From the IMG/VR virus record IMGVR_UViG_3300027593_000199, positions 1 through 63,465 of that record: a stretch of 63,465 nt of DNA. One strand, given 5' to 3'. This DNA is from a virus (lineage: Duplodnaviria > Caudoviricetes). Below the pieces are notes generated by a model. The model saw only the letters and a list, made by a program, of their open reading frames with translations. It made no database searches and had not been told where the DNA came from. Positions 36,586 to 46,174 of this stretch are shown in pieces. Made by a program: the position numbers and the translations under genes. The first letter of the stretch is position 1, and the number at the start of each line of letters is the position of its first letter.

Positions 36586-38528
36586 TAGAAGTCACTCCCT
36601 TGCATACCTTGACCACTAAAGCTATTTGATCTCTGTAGCGGTTTAGCTGCTGCAGCTTTCTTTGCCTTCTCTTCAGGAGTCTCACCAGCAGGAGCTGGAG
36701 CTGGAGTAGCTGCTGGAGCTGGAGCTGGAACAGCTGCAGCCATTGGCTTATTAGCAGTGGCCACTGGAGCTGGTGCAGGAGCAGGTGTTGCTGCAGGAGC
36801 TGCTGGTTTAGCTGCAGGAGCAGGTGCAGCTGGCTTCTCAGACTGAGAAGCCATGGCTGCATTAGATACACCTGATGTGTCACCCTGAACAAAAGCAGCT
36901 TGTTCTGGTGTTTTAGTGTCGATTGTACCTACATTGAAACCAAGACCCTGCCTAGCTCTTTCTCTCATTTTAGCTATCTGTGCATTCATTTTAGCATCTG
37001 CAGCTCTTGCCATCTCAATATCTCTTAATTCATTAACTGCCTTCTTACGCTTGGAGTGCATGTGCATTTCGGAAACAAGAATCTCTAGTTCAGCTGTTGG
37101 AACATACTTTTCAATACCATGTTCAAACATGACATCATACCAAGCAATGTGACCATCTTGATCTGGATCAGCATGTTGAGTAGTAACAGTACGGCCTTCA
37201 CCAAACGATTCACTCTTTACATGAATAGCACATTGATGCTCGTAGCTGTTGCCTGGAGTGTCTTTATTCTCTTTAACAGATGTTTTTTTCTTGTTGTAGA
37301 GACCAAGTTTCATTTTCATCTTAGAAGACATCTCTTCTTCAACATCTATCGCCTTTTTACCCATCTTAACAGGGCTATTGCTTTTAACTACTCCACGAGC
37401 AACAAGAATATCACCATGAGTGATGCGTTTTGGATCTCCATGCTGTGCTGCCAGATCTTGCTCTTTATCATTACGAGGAATAGTACCTTCTTTCTTCTTC
37501 ATAACTTCCATGATATCAGCAACTAGATCTTTTGATACACCAAAGGTCTTATTAACATAAGATTCTTCTGCAGTAACTTTACCGTTAACATTACCTTTGC
37601 CTCTGATCTTATTGATAAAATCACCAACCGAAGCATATGAACGATTCTCTGTATCTGGACCACCCATCACACCTTTTTGACGAACATATGTTCTACCATC
37701 TGTATCAGTTCTTGTATTACCTTTACCATATTTGGTATCAAGTTCTTTGTCTGCAGGACGACCAGTACTGTAGTCTTTATCGTTAGCCTTAGGTGTTTCA
37801 GCTTTTGGCTCTTCTGCTTTTGGTGTCTCTACTTTAGCAGCTTGTGGCTTGGACTCTTCATCGTCACTATTGTCATTGCCAAATGCTTTATTAACTGTAT
37901 CACGAGTACTTGCTATTTGTTTAGCCATCGTATCTGCAGGCAGAATTGAAGCTCTCTTCGATGGTGTAGCCATTGCTCGAGCTCCACGATCATCTGGTTC
38001 TGCGTCTGGTTTTGATGACATCGAAGCCATTGCTCGTGCTCCACGGTCATCCGGCTCTGCACTTGTTTCTTTACCTTGAGCTTTTGCTAATGATGAAGCA
38101 TCCATTGCTGCTGGCTTTGGAGCATCGTTAGATGTAGGAGCTGCAGCAGCTGGAGTTTCAGGTTTCTTAGCTGTAGTAGCGGCAGCAGTAGGCGCTTTGG
38201 TTGTACGTGGTTTAGGTATTGAGGCTGGAGAAGCTTTGTCACCTACAGGCTTAATATCAGAATCAGGAGTCTTCTCGTTACCTGGTTTAACACCATTATC
38301 ACGAACTGCAACAGGAGCTGTTTGAGTTACATCATGTTTAGAATTCCACTTATCTTTCGAAACAGTCTTAGGTAAAGTATTTTGTTTACCCTGTGAGTAG
38401 CTACGCCATGATTGAGCTGCACCGCTCATCTTTGATCTGGCTTCAGCATCAACATCATCAGAGCTAGTTTGGGCTCCCCTACTACCCATTTCCATAATAT
38501 TTTTGATTGATTCGTAAAGTGACTTCAT
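36585..38528 (-). CDS. Low-complexity putative internal head protein
   Basis: Ala/Pro/Lys-rich; AEPDDRGARAMA twice; HQCAIHV...WYDVMFEHGIE module. Confidence 0.7.
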   Translation of the reverse strand: MKSLYESIKNIMEMGSRGAQTSSDDVDAEARSKMSGAAQSWRSYSQGKQNTLPKTVSKDKWNSKHDVTQTAPVAVRDNGVKPGNEKTPDSDIKPVGDKASPASIPKPRTTKAPTAAATTAKKPETPAAAAPTSNDAPKPAAMDASSLAKAQGKETSAEPDDRGARAMASMSSKPDAEPDDRGARAMATPSKRASILPADTMAKQIASTRDTVNKAFGNDNSDDEESKPQAAKVETPKAEEPKAETPKANDKDYSTGRPADKELDTKYGKGNTRTDTDGRTYVRQKGVMGGPDTENRSYASVGDFINKIRGKGNVNGKVTAEESYVNKTFGVSKDLVADIMEVMKKKEGTIPRNDKEQDLAAQHGDPKRITHGDILVARGVVKSNSPVKMGKKAIDVEEEMSSKMKMKLGLYNKKKTSVKENKDTPGNSYEHQCAIHVKSESFGEGRTVTTQHADPDQDGHIAWYDVMFEHGIEKYVPTAELEILVSEMHMHSKRKKAVNELRDIEMARAADAKMNAQIAKMRERARQGLGFNVGTIDTKTPEQAAFVQGDTSGVSNAAMASQSEKPAAPAPAAKPAAPAATPAPAPAPVATANKPMAAAVPAPAPAATPAPAPAGETPEEKAKKAAAAKPLQRSNSFSGQGMQGSDF

Positions 38529-38551
38529 TTTATTTCCTTTTTTAATTAATG

Positions 38552-39127
38552 TTAGTCTGCATCGATAATTTTAAGTTTTCTTTGTGCTTTTAGATTTCTG
38601 GATAAGACGAACTTAGAGCTATCGATGTCGCTATCCTTTGGTCCAATATTTGGAGATGTTGGGGGTGTTTGTAACCTCTTCATTATTTCTGGTGTTATCT
38701 TATCTACTGGTCCTGAGTCAGATTGTTCGTATGATTTAATATCATCCAAGTGGCCATCAAGGTATCCGAGTTTATCACTAACACCAATCCGATCACCTAG
38801 CATACGAATCTTCTCAACAATTTGACTTGCTTCTTTCGAGTCATCACTTGTTGATCGTTCTGCAGCCAGTGTATGCTTTTTGATACCAAACAACTGATCA
38901 TGAAGAATAGCCATCTTCTCTGCCAAATCAGGATTAGCATCACGTGGTAGGTTTACAAATAACATCTGTGCCTTTGGGCACATTTCAAAATTCTTGGTAC
39001 GATAGGTGCCAGCAGCAATTTGATCTGATTGATCTTTCTCTATCTTACTACGCTGCTCAAACAAACCCTTCCTGGATTTGCGAACAACATCCCTAATTCT
39101 GTTTTCTAGTGTAACGTACTTTTTCAT
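38552..39127 (-). CDS. Hypothetical late protein (probable start MKKYVTLE)
   Basis: YRTKNFEMCPKAQ; coupled to dps. Confidence 0.65.
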   Translation of the reverse strand: MKKYVTLENRIRDVVRKSRKGLFEQRSKIEKDQSDQIAAGTYRTKNFEMCPKAQMLFVNLPRDANPDLAEKMAILHDQLFGIKKHTLAAERSTSDDSKEASQIVEKIRMLGDRIGVSDKLGYLDGHLDDIKSYEQSDSGPVDKITPEIMKRLQTPPTSPNIGPKDSDIDSSKFVLSRNLKAQRKLKIIDAD

Positions 39128-39576
39128 TGTCTTCTCTTTAGTAGAGAGTTTAACATCCATGCATGCTTCTTATGGGCGTCATATCTATCTTGTATGAAAT
39201 TAGAAAGTCCAATCTCATCAAATTCTTCTGCCAATTCGTATGCTTCTCTTAGAGAGGCTAACACTATCTGATTATCACCTGATAACGTATTAAACATCTC
39301 TCCAGCTGATGGAGCACCTGTACTATCGGCGATGCTTGATAATTCTTTAAATCTTGAAAATGATCCTGGAGCATATTCCCCAAGAGCTCTAATCTCTTCT
39401 GCAATCTTATCAACTGCTCCGTAGACTTCTTCATATAGGTTACCAAGGAATTCATGGTACTGAGGAAAGTCCGGACCTTCTACATTCCAATGAAACTGAT
39501 GTGCTTTCAAATAGAAAGCAAAGCTATCAGCAAGTACAACTTTCATCTTTTCTGTTAATTGTTCTCTCATTACCAT
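39124..39576 (-). CDS. dps: Dps/ferritin-like DNA protection protein
   Basis: KAHQFHWNVEG..F...H..L...YEE....D.IAEEIRALG; HKKHAWML. Confidence 0.92.
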   Translation of the reverse strand: MVMREQLTEKMKVVLADSFAFYLKAHQFHWNVEGPDFPQYHEFLGNLYEEVYGAVDKIAEEIRALGEYAPGSFSRFKELSSIADSTGAPSAGEMFNTLSGDNQIVLASLREAYELAEEFDEIGLSNFIQDRYDAHKKHAWMLNSLLKRRQ

Positions 39577-39839
39577 GCCTTACATGACCAATATCTTGGC
39601 GTTGTTTTATCAGATGCAGTATCGCAATTATGACGAGCTCTAAAGCTCTTGCGACGTGCAGGTATATGTTTCTTGATAGAAAGATTCTTATCTCCGAAGT
39701 TTACCTTCTGAGCCTTACCATCTCCATCAGGATCAACAAATACTTTAGACTTCTTAACATCACCAGCCATAGGCTTGTTAAGAGGTACTTTCTTACCTTG
39801 AAACTCAGCTTCTGTGATAAACTCTAAAAAACTTAGCAT
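39570..39839 (-). CDS. Conserved small phage protein with capsid-targeting-like N-terminus
   Basis: MLSFLEFITEA; KVNFGD...RRKSFRARHNC...YWSCKAW. Confidence 0.8.
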   Translation of the reverse strand: MLSFLEFITEAEFQGKKVPLNKPMAGDVKKSKVFVDPDGDGKAQKVNFGDKNLSIKKHIPARRKSFRARHNCDTASDKTTPRYWSCKAW

Positions 39840-41998
39840 TGGTTATTTGCCTTTCTTTTGGCACGTAACATTCTTGCAAACGCTTCAACAGCTTCACCTG
39901 GAGTATCTTTTTTATATTTATTTGTTAGTTTATTTGTGCCTTCATCACCAGCACCATCTTCTTCCATGACAGAAGGATGTAACTGGAACCCACCTTGTAT
40001 CTTCATACCTAAATCAGCTGCAGTATAAACTCCACTATAACCTGACGCACGATCAACTATGAAACTCTCATCAACAGACTCTTTTCTAACACCAGTTGCT
40101 TGCTTCTTTGTCTTTACTCTATCCTGATAAGACTTCTCATCAAACGGTCTATAATCAGCTGCGGCTGCTACAACAGTATTTGCTGCTGATTCAAGTGATT
40201 TTCTTGCTGCAGCACCAGCATTAACAATCTTATCTGCTAATGAAGGTTCAGAACCTTCTGTATACAGATGACCGTACTTCTTTTCATGATCCTCACGCTG
40301 CTTCTTCTGCTTAGCAATTAGATTAAGTAAGCGGTCAGCACCTTTATCAGCATCGTACCCATGTTTCTTTAAACTATCTTTAAATTTATCACGTGGTGAC
40401 TTTGGTTGTACTGCTTCCTGAGCATCAATGAAGTTTTGTTTTGTTGGAGCACCTTCTGAACCAGGCTTTCTCATCTTCTCACCAGATCCACGAGCAATAC
40501 GCTTACGCTTAGCGTGAATGTTATCCCACAGTCCAGCTTCTGCTAAATGAGAGTTAACTCTCTGCATTGCAAACTGATGTGCTGTGGCATTATTTCTACC
40601 ATCATAGTCAGCTAGACCTTGTTCAAAAATATCTTTGACTTCTTCAAAAGTAACTCCATACTTTTCTGCTTTCTTAGCAAGAGCAGTATTAGCCTTCTCT
40701 TGTAAATATGCTCCGTGATCCCATTCTCTATGAGATACAATGGTAGTAGCTGCGTTCGGAGTCTTTGTCTTGTATGTTTGAGGAATAATAATAGAAGAGG
40801 ATGTATTAGCAGTAGGAGTCTGCTTAGCTGGCATTGAACCTACTTTGGTGTAGGTTGCTATCTGCGACTTACCTTTGTTCTTTCTATTAAAGTCACCAAT
40901 CTTCTGATTAACAGTCTTCTTGATGTCACCAAGAGCATTAGCTTTGTCTTGATCAGCCTTCTGTTGATCTTTTGGATTCAAAGACTGCTTTGCTTTTGCT
41001 ATTGAAATCTTTCCTAACTCAGTCTTTTGTTTAGACTGGATGACAGCCTGCTTTTGAAGTTCTTTTTGATTCTTAGATAGCTCCGGAGCTTTAGTGCTAC
41101 CAGATGACTTAGAATCTGATTCAGGAGGTTTTCCTATTGTTGATAGTTTCTTAGCAGCAAGTCCAGCGCCAATCAGCGTAGAACCAAGAGCTCCTCTGGG
41201 AGTTGACATGGTATGAGCTAAAGCACCAGCTGCCAATCCTGCCTTAGCTATGTTACCAGCTACACGGAAAGGAGCACCTGCTATAGACTTCAAGTTTTGG
41301 CCAATAGTGGCCTCATACATTGAGAAGAAGTTGTTTAGATCTTCAACGGTAAGCTGTTCACCAATTAAATTACTATAAATTGGAATATATTCTGAATTGA
41401 TATTTCTCGCAGCACTGTATACACCTTTTGTGGATCTACCTGTCTGAACCGCATACAATCTCTTCTGCTCACCTTTTCTAACTGTTGGCATCATTCTACG
41501 AGCCATGTTTCTAATCTGAGCTTCACGACCCTTCAAACGGTTATCAATATTAATCTTTTCTGCAGCAGATAACGAATTATATTTTACACCGCGTGCACCA
41601 GCAATCCTTCTTCTGAGATTCTGTTTAGCCATTCTCATAGCTCTCTGCTTCAACTTTTCGTTCGATGCAAGTCTAGTTCTAAGAATCTTACGCTTCATCT
41701 TCATCTTTGGCATTCTACGTCTTAGAGCCATAGCACGCTTACGACGCTGAATAAGATTTACAGTGCGTTCAATTAGAGTTTGTTCTGTCTGAAACTTCGT
41801 TGGTTTTTCTTCTGGATTAACGACAATTTTATCAAGTCTGCTACCAGTCAACGAAGCTAATCCCTGCTGAGCACGCAATTGTTGCTGCTGCTGTTGTATT
41901 TGCTCAGGAGTAAGAGGAGCTGGTTGCGCAGGCGCAACTCCAGCTGGAGGTGGGGGTGGTGGCAAGGCTTGCTCGCCGAATTCTTTAAATGTAATCAT
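39833..41998 (-). CDS. Large basic multi-module putative internal head protein
   Basis: MITFKEFGEQ; Arg-rich domain; GLWDNIHAKRKR module; many x-x-E sites. Confidence 0.75.
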   Translation of the reverse strand: MITFKEFGEQALPPPPPPAGVAPAQPAPLTPEQIQQQQQQLRAQQGLASLTGSRLDKIVVNPEEKPTKFQTEQTLIERTVNLIQRRKRAMALRRRMPKMKMKRKILRTRLASNEKLKQRAMRMAKQNLRRRIAGARGVKYNSLSAAEKINIDNRLKGREAQIRNMARRMMPTVRKGEQKRLYAVQTGRSTKGVYSAARNINSEYIPIYSNLIGEQLTVEDLNNFFSMYEATIGQNLKSIAGAPFRVAGNIAKAGLAAGALAHTMSTPRGALGSTLIGAGLAAKKLSTIGKPPESDSKSSGSTKAPELSKNQKELQKQAVIQSKQKTELGKISIAKAKQSLNPKDQQKADQDKANALGDIKKTVNQKIGDFNRKNKGKSQIATYTKVGSMPAKQTPTANTSSSIIIPQTYKTKTPNAATTIVSHREWDHGAYLQEKANTALAKKAEKYGVTFEEVKDIFEQGLADYDGRNNATAHQFAMQRVNSHLAEAGLWDNIHAKRKRIARGSGEKMRKPGSEGAPTKQNFIDAQEAVQPKSPRDKFKDSLKKHGYDADKGADRLLNLIAKQKKQREDHEKKYGHLYTEGSEPSLADKIVNAGAAARKSLESAANTVVAAAADYRPFDEKSYQDRVKTKKQATGVRKESVDESFIVDRASGYSGVYTAADLGMKIQGGFQLHPSVMEEDGAGDEGTNKLTNKYKKDTPGEAVEAFARMLRAKRKANNQC

Positions 41999-42042
41999 GT
42001 TTTCTTCCGCAGGTTTACCTAGGCCTTACTGCCGGGACTTAC

Positions 42043-42050
42043 TATTTATA
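42043..42050 (-). promoter_or_regulatory. T4-type late promoter
   Basis: Exact TATAAATA. Confidence 0.8.
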
Positions 42051-42052
42051 AA

Positions 42053-42688
42053 TTACACTACTGCAAACAGCTTGTCGGCATGGCCGAAATGTCCTTGTAT
42101 ATTCTTATAACCAAGAGGGTCTAATAACATACTTATCTCTTTGCTAACCGTCTCCATCGTAATTACAGGTAGAAATCGAGAAATAGTATCCATTCCCCCA
42201 GCAATCACATTTGGTTCATATCCTTCACAGTCTAAACTAATATAATCACACTGCTCTAGTGCTAGTTGGTCAATCGTAAAAGTTGGGATAAAAGTATCGC
42301 CTTTATCAGATACTCTATGAGCACCAACGTTTCTCATATCATTTCTATACATACTTAATAATTTATTAGTCTCACCGAGTGCAGCATTGATCTTATAGAT
42401 ATTGTCTTTTTGACAATTGTGAGCTAGACAATGGAAGTTAAGTGGGTCTGGTTCGAATGTATATACTCGTTTGAACATATCAGAAAGTAGTCTTGGGTAC
42501 ATTCCACAATTACCACCAGCTTGAATACAAACCTCAAACTTCTTAACATGATTAAGGATTCCTTGCTTGAGTGGTCCCCAGTCAGATTTAGGACCATCCC
42601 ATGCTCCACTATCCTCTGTTATCCAGAGCCAGTTTCTTATTCCTTCTATTTCATCATCTTTAATAGATACTAACTCACTGTAATCCAC
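42053..42688 (-). CDS. FkbM-family methyltransferase
   Basis: IQAGGNCGMYP, YTFEPDP, LDCEGYE. Confidence 0.85.
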   Translation of the reverse strand: MDYSELVSIKDDEIEGIRNWLWITEDSGAWDGPKSDWGPLKQGILNHVKKFEVCIQAGGNCGMYPRLLSDMFKRVYTFEPDPLNFHCLAHNCQKDNIYKINAALGETNKLLSMYRNDMRNVGAHRVSDKGDTFIPTFTIDQLALEQCDYISLDCEGYEPNVIAGGMDTISRFLPVITMETVSKEISMLLDPLGYKNIQGHFGHADKLFAVV

Positions 42689-43296
42689 TATTCAACTCCC
42701 ATTCCAGATCTAACGTCTTTGTATATTTCTCTCGAGTGTGATTCGTTCTTCTTGATCTTACTTGGAAGACCAGCTTTGAATTTACCGTAGTTACCACCTG
42801 ATGCATGGTTACGCATATCTGTACCACTAACACCAGCTTTACGTTCACCAGTATTTGCTACAGAAATTGAATCAAAATGATACTCACCATGTGGCTTACC
42901 TTTCACTCCATTATACTTATGGAGTAAAGTCTTATACTCTTCTGCTCTATCACTACCACCAGCAATCACTAAATGCTTGGCACCGGTCTTAGCAATCTCT
43001 GCTGCATGATGCATAATAGTAGGGTGTGCTTTAGAAGCTGTAGAGATAGTTGTATTATCAAGATGTCCAAAAGCACGTTGTAGATGCTTTTGTTTTTGTT
43101 CTGGAGATAGTGGATTCTTCTTGGCATCATGAGATCCACTTGCTACTACGTGAAGCTGAGCATTATGTTTAGTTGCAAGATCATGAGCAGCATTTACATT
43201 CTCTTCATGACCACTGGTGATAGGATTCATTCTACCAAATAGTAGAACAGCGGACTTAGCCTTTTCTTCTAATAGAAAACTTATAAATGATTTCAT
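42688..43296 (-). CDS. HIGH-superfamily (cytidylyltransferase-like) nucleotidyltransferase
   Basis: FGRMNPITSGH, KNPL, GSDR, SGTDMR. Confidence 0.82.
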   Translation of the reverse strand: MKSFISFLLEEKAKSAVLLFGRMNPITSGHEENVNAAHDLATKHNAQLHVVASGSHDAKKNPLSPEQKQKHLQRAFGHLDNTTISTASKAHPTIMHHAAEIAKTGAKHLVIAGGSDRAEEYKTLLHKYNGVKGKPHGEYHFDSISVANTGERKAGVSGTDMRNHASGGNYGKFKAGLPSKIKKNESHSREIYKDVRSGMGVE

Positions 43297-43904
43297 CTGC
43301 TTGTCGTCTTTGATATTCCATCGCCCTCAACATGGTGAGCATGGAATGATGTGTTTGGATGCTGATCCTTCAACCCTAAGAAGGAGTGCAGGTTTGTTTT
43401 ACTATCATCGTACATATGAACATCCTTATACTTATGCTTGGCAACATAACCATGAATCACTTTAGCTTTTTTCTCAGCAGGTAAAGTATCTTGATTTATA
43501 TTACCAGCTCTAATCACATGGATGTTCTTCATATTGATACCATGCTTCTTAAATGTATGTAAGAATTTATTCTTATTATCAAAGTTAGCACGTGCAGTGT
43601 TGAAGATAACATGATTGTGAGGATTAGCTGATACTCTCTTTAGGTGATTAACCATATTTGGCATCGGCTTTGATTCTTTATTAAACTTCTCAGCATTTCT
43701 AAACTCACCAAAGTCATAGCTATGACCTTTTGGAAGTTTGTGGTTATTAAACTCTTGATTACTCAAAGTCTTAACTACTTTACCTTGTGGATCTTTTACA
43801 TGGATCTGAGCCGTAGTGTGCATTAATGTATCGTCAATGTCAAAAATGTGAAGAGACTTCTTCTGCGTAGTACCTTCTGATATAAATTCTTTAAAGCCGA
43901 TCAT
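43293..43904 (-). CDS. HAD-superfamily phosphatase
   Basis: FDIDDTL, TAR, K, MYDDS..NL. Confidence 0.8.
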   Translation of the reverse strand: MIGFKEFISEGTTQKKSLHIFDIDDTLMHTTAQIHVKDPQGKVVKTLSNQEFNNHKLPKGHSYDFGEFRNAEKFNKESKPMPNMVNHLKRVSANPHNHVIFNTARANFDNKNKFLHTFKKHGINMKNIHVIRAGNINQDTLPAEKKAKVIHGYVAKHKYKDVHMYDDSKTNLHSFLGLKDQHPNTSFHAHHVEGDGISKTTSR

Positions 43905-45094
43905 TATTGTCTCGCTGCAAAGTTTTGTCTACTAAATTCTGCTCTATCAACAACCTTAGTTGGTCTATTATTTATTACTGCAACATATCCCTCTGGTTTA
44001 GAAGGCTGGCCATTAATTGTTGTATTGAACATAGGACTAGCTGCCATAGCATGATTATGCACATCCTTGGCCTGCTGTAGGTGATGATGAATTTGAAATA
44101 CTTTATCGATAGTATCAGAGTGACCTCTAAGAGTACCAAGTTGGTTATTCATTGCCAGAGTCTTACGATCAATAGCTCCTTGCGTCTTTACCTTGGCTAT
44201 TTCTTTTTGATGCTGACTTTGTACATGATCATATAGATCAGTAGCATTAGGAGTAGTGCCATCTCTAACTGTCTTGTTAATATATGTCTTAATATGATCT
44301 AGGTGAGGTTCCACCTTCTTGTAATCCTCTGGCTTCATACTTCTATGAAGCTCATCTGCCTGAGCCATGTGTTCTTGAAAGTCTGCCTGACGAGCGGGGT
44401 TGTAATCTGCCTTCGTCGAATCAAACTTATTGTTAATTACATGCACATCCGGATGTTCATTAAAGTGTGAAAGATCAGGATCGTAGTCTGCTTTCATTGT
44501 TTCAAAGTTACCACCCTTGTACCCAGTATGAACTGCAATACCAAATTGAGATTGAGCTACTTTCTGACCTTCTTCTGAATTAGCAGGTGCATGATACTCA
44601 ACTAGGTTTGGTTTAAAGCTATGAACTTTACCATTAGTATTTACATCACCGTGTGGATTGGTATCAGAGTTGATACCAGCATGCATTACATCACCCTGAA
44701 ATATTCCTGTCTTAGGAGTTACCTTTGGGAGATGATATAGTGCAAGATTTAACTTGTTGACAAGACCTGGAGCATGTCCATGATTCTTTTGAACATCATC
44801 GTAATCATAATTTAACTTAGGCTCTTTGTTGAAAGCTGATTTGGTAGCAACAAAGAACTGACCTGTTGCTGGATGATGACCAAATACAATAGAAGGACTT
44901 CCATCCATCTTTTCATACAAAGCTGCACCACCCTTTTGACCTGTTAGTGTTTTATGTACTGCATTCAATGTATTCTTTGCATGCTGATATCCTTCAGCAC
45001 CAGCATTAAGTACATGATCTTCTGCATGCTCAAGGTGAGTCAGCTTCTCTTCGTTAGCAGCTGATTCTTTCAGCAATGTGAATATATGACGCAT
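43904..45094 (-). CDS. ATP-dependent ligase-like nucleotidyltransferase (conserved in T4-like aquatic phages)
   Basis: HLEHAED, EKMDGSPS (KxDG motif I), QGDVM, PEGYV, KVVDR.EFS..NF. Confidence 0.65.
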   Translation of the reverse strand: MRHIFTLLKESAANEEKLTHLEHAEDHVLNAGAEGYQHAKNTLNAVHKTLTGQKGGAALYEKMDGSPSIVFGHHPATGQFFVATKSAFNKEPKLNYDYDDVQKNHGHAPGLVNKLNLALYHLPKVTPKTGIFQGDVMHAGINSDTNPHGDVNTNGKVHSFKPNLVEYHAPANSEEGQKVAQSQFGIAVHTGYKGGNFETMKADYDPDLSHFNEHPDVHVINNKFDSTKADYNPARQADFQEHMAQADELHRSMKPEDYKKVEPHLDHIKTYINKTVRDGTTPNATDLYDHVQSQHQKEIAKVKTQGAIDRKTLAMNNQLGTLRGHSDTIDKVFQIHHHLQQAKDVHNHAMAASPMFNTTINGQPSKPEGYVAVINNRPTKVVDRAEFSRQNFAARQ

Positions 45095-46060
45095 TTAGTG
45101 TCCTAAGGTCTTTTTAAATGATTCTAGATGCTCATCATTATCAAGGTTTACATGGCTTGGAGCAAGACCTGCTTTACCTGCAGGTTGGAACATTACTGTA
45201 CGATGGGATGGGTTGTCGGTCTTTTGACGTACAGTCCACTTTCCTTTTCCAGACATTCTTGGAAGACCATGGCCTGTAACATCTTTACTACCGACTCTAT
45301 ATGTACCGTGACCTTCTCCAACTTGTAGTACATGAACTCCGTGATCTTTTAAATATGATTCAGCTGGACCTAAGTTTGAATGGTCTTTATAAACATTCTG
45401 TGCTTTACCTTTTGCTGACTTCTTTATCTGACCTTCTTTATCAGGATTGTGGTGAGTATTGAGATGATCTATAATTCCAGCATCTTCAATTTCTTTAGCA
45501 TATCTAGGCCTTAGTTGTTTTGCCTTGTCCGGAATATGCCAACCTCCTTTTTTTGGATCGTGGTGGATTGTCAATTGGCCAAAAGCTGCCTTAGTGTTGA
45601 GCTTGACTTCACCAGAATGAACTGTACCAATAATCGAACCCTGATGTACTTCTTTTTTCTTTTTGTTTAGAATAGGCACATCAGTACCAGCAGAAGATCC
45701 TGCTGGCTTATGTCCTTCTGGAACAAGACCATGCTGCTTAAATCGGTTGAAGGTGTGCTCTTCATATTCATGACCTTTGTTAACGACCTTTGTTCCAGGT
45801 TTATTCAACTTACTCAAAGGCACCCTCATCTTCTCACTAGATCCAACTTTTGATACAGTGGCTGAATGATTGCCATCTTCTTCGTGGTGTGCATGAAGAA
45901 CTACAGACTCCCCTGAACCAGCAAGAGTATGAGTTCCTTGTTCGGAATGTTTAGATCCACCAGGTAGATATGGTTTAATGTAACTATCAACATGCCTGTT
46001 AACTTTAAGACCAGATCCTGCAATAGTTGCTTCTTTTAAGAAAGTTATAAATGTTTTCAT
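45095..46060 (-). CDS. His-rich protein with possible PD-(D/E)XK nuclease core
   Basis: GHEYE...GTD...GEVK pattern; MKTFITFLKEA N-terminus. Confidence 0.55.
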   Translation of the reverse strand: MKTFITFLKEATIAGSGLKVNRHVDSYIKPYLPGGSKHSEQGTHTLAGSGESVVLHAHHEEDGNHSATVSKVGSSEKMRVPLSKLNKPGTKVVNKGHEYEEHTFNRFKQHGLVPEGHKPAGSSAGTDVPILNKKKKEVHQGSIIGTVHSGEVKLNTKAAFGQLTIHHDPKKGGWHIPDKAKQLRPRYAKEIEDAGIIDHLNTHHNPDKEGQIKKSAKGKAQNVYKDHSNLGPAESYLKDHGVHVLQVGEGHGTYRVGSKDVTGHGLPRMSGKGKWTVRQKTDNPSHRTVMFQPAGKAGLAPSHVNLDNDEHLESFKKTLGH

Positions 46061-46105
46061 TCGGTTACCAATCGTCGTCGTTGAGTTATATTCACAATCT
46101 ATGAT

Positions 46106-46113
46106 TATTTATG
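46106..46113 (-). promoter_or_regulatory. Putative late promoter
   Basis: CATAAATA upstream of 46060. Confidence 0.55.
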
Positions 46114-46130
46114 TCATAATATAATACGAA

Positions 46131-46152
46131 GAAACCCACCGAAGTGGGTTTC
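46131..46152 (-). terminator. UUCG-loop terminator-like hairpin
   Basis: GAAACCCAC-TTCG-GTGGGTTTC. Confidence 0.75.
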
Positions 46153-46174
46153 CTGATCTCATGAAGCTTCTTCT

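Noticed and set aside
36572-36892. Gln/Leu-rich alternate-frame ORF
   Set aside because: Frame-shifted reading of the Pro-Ala repeat of 36585-38528
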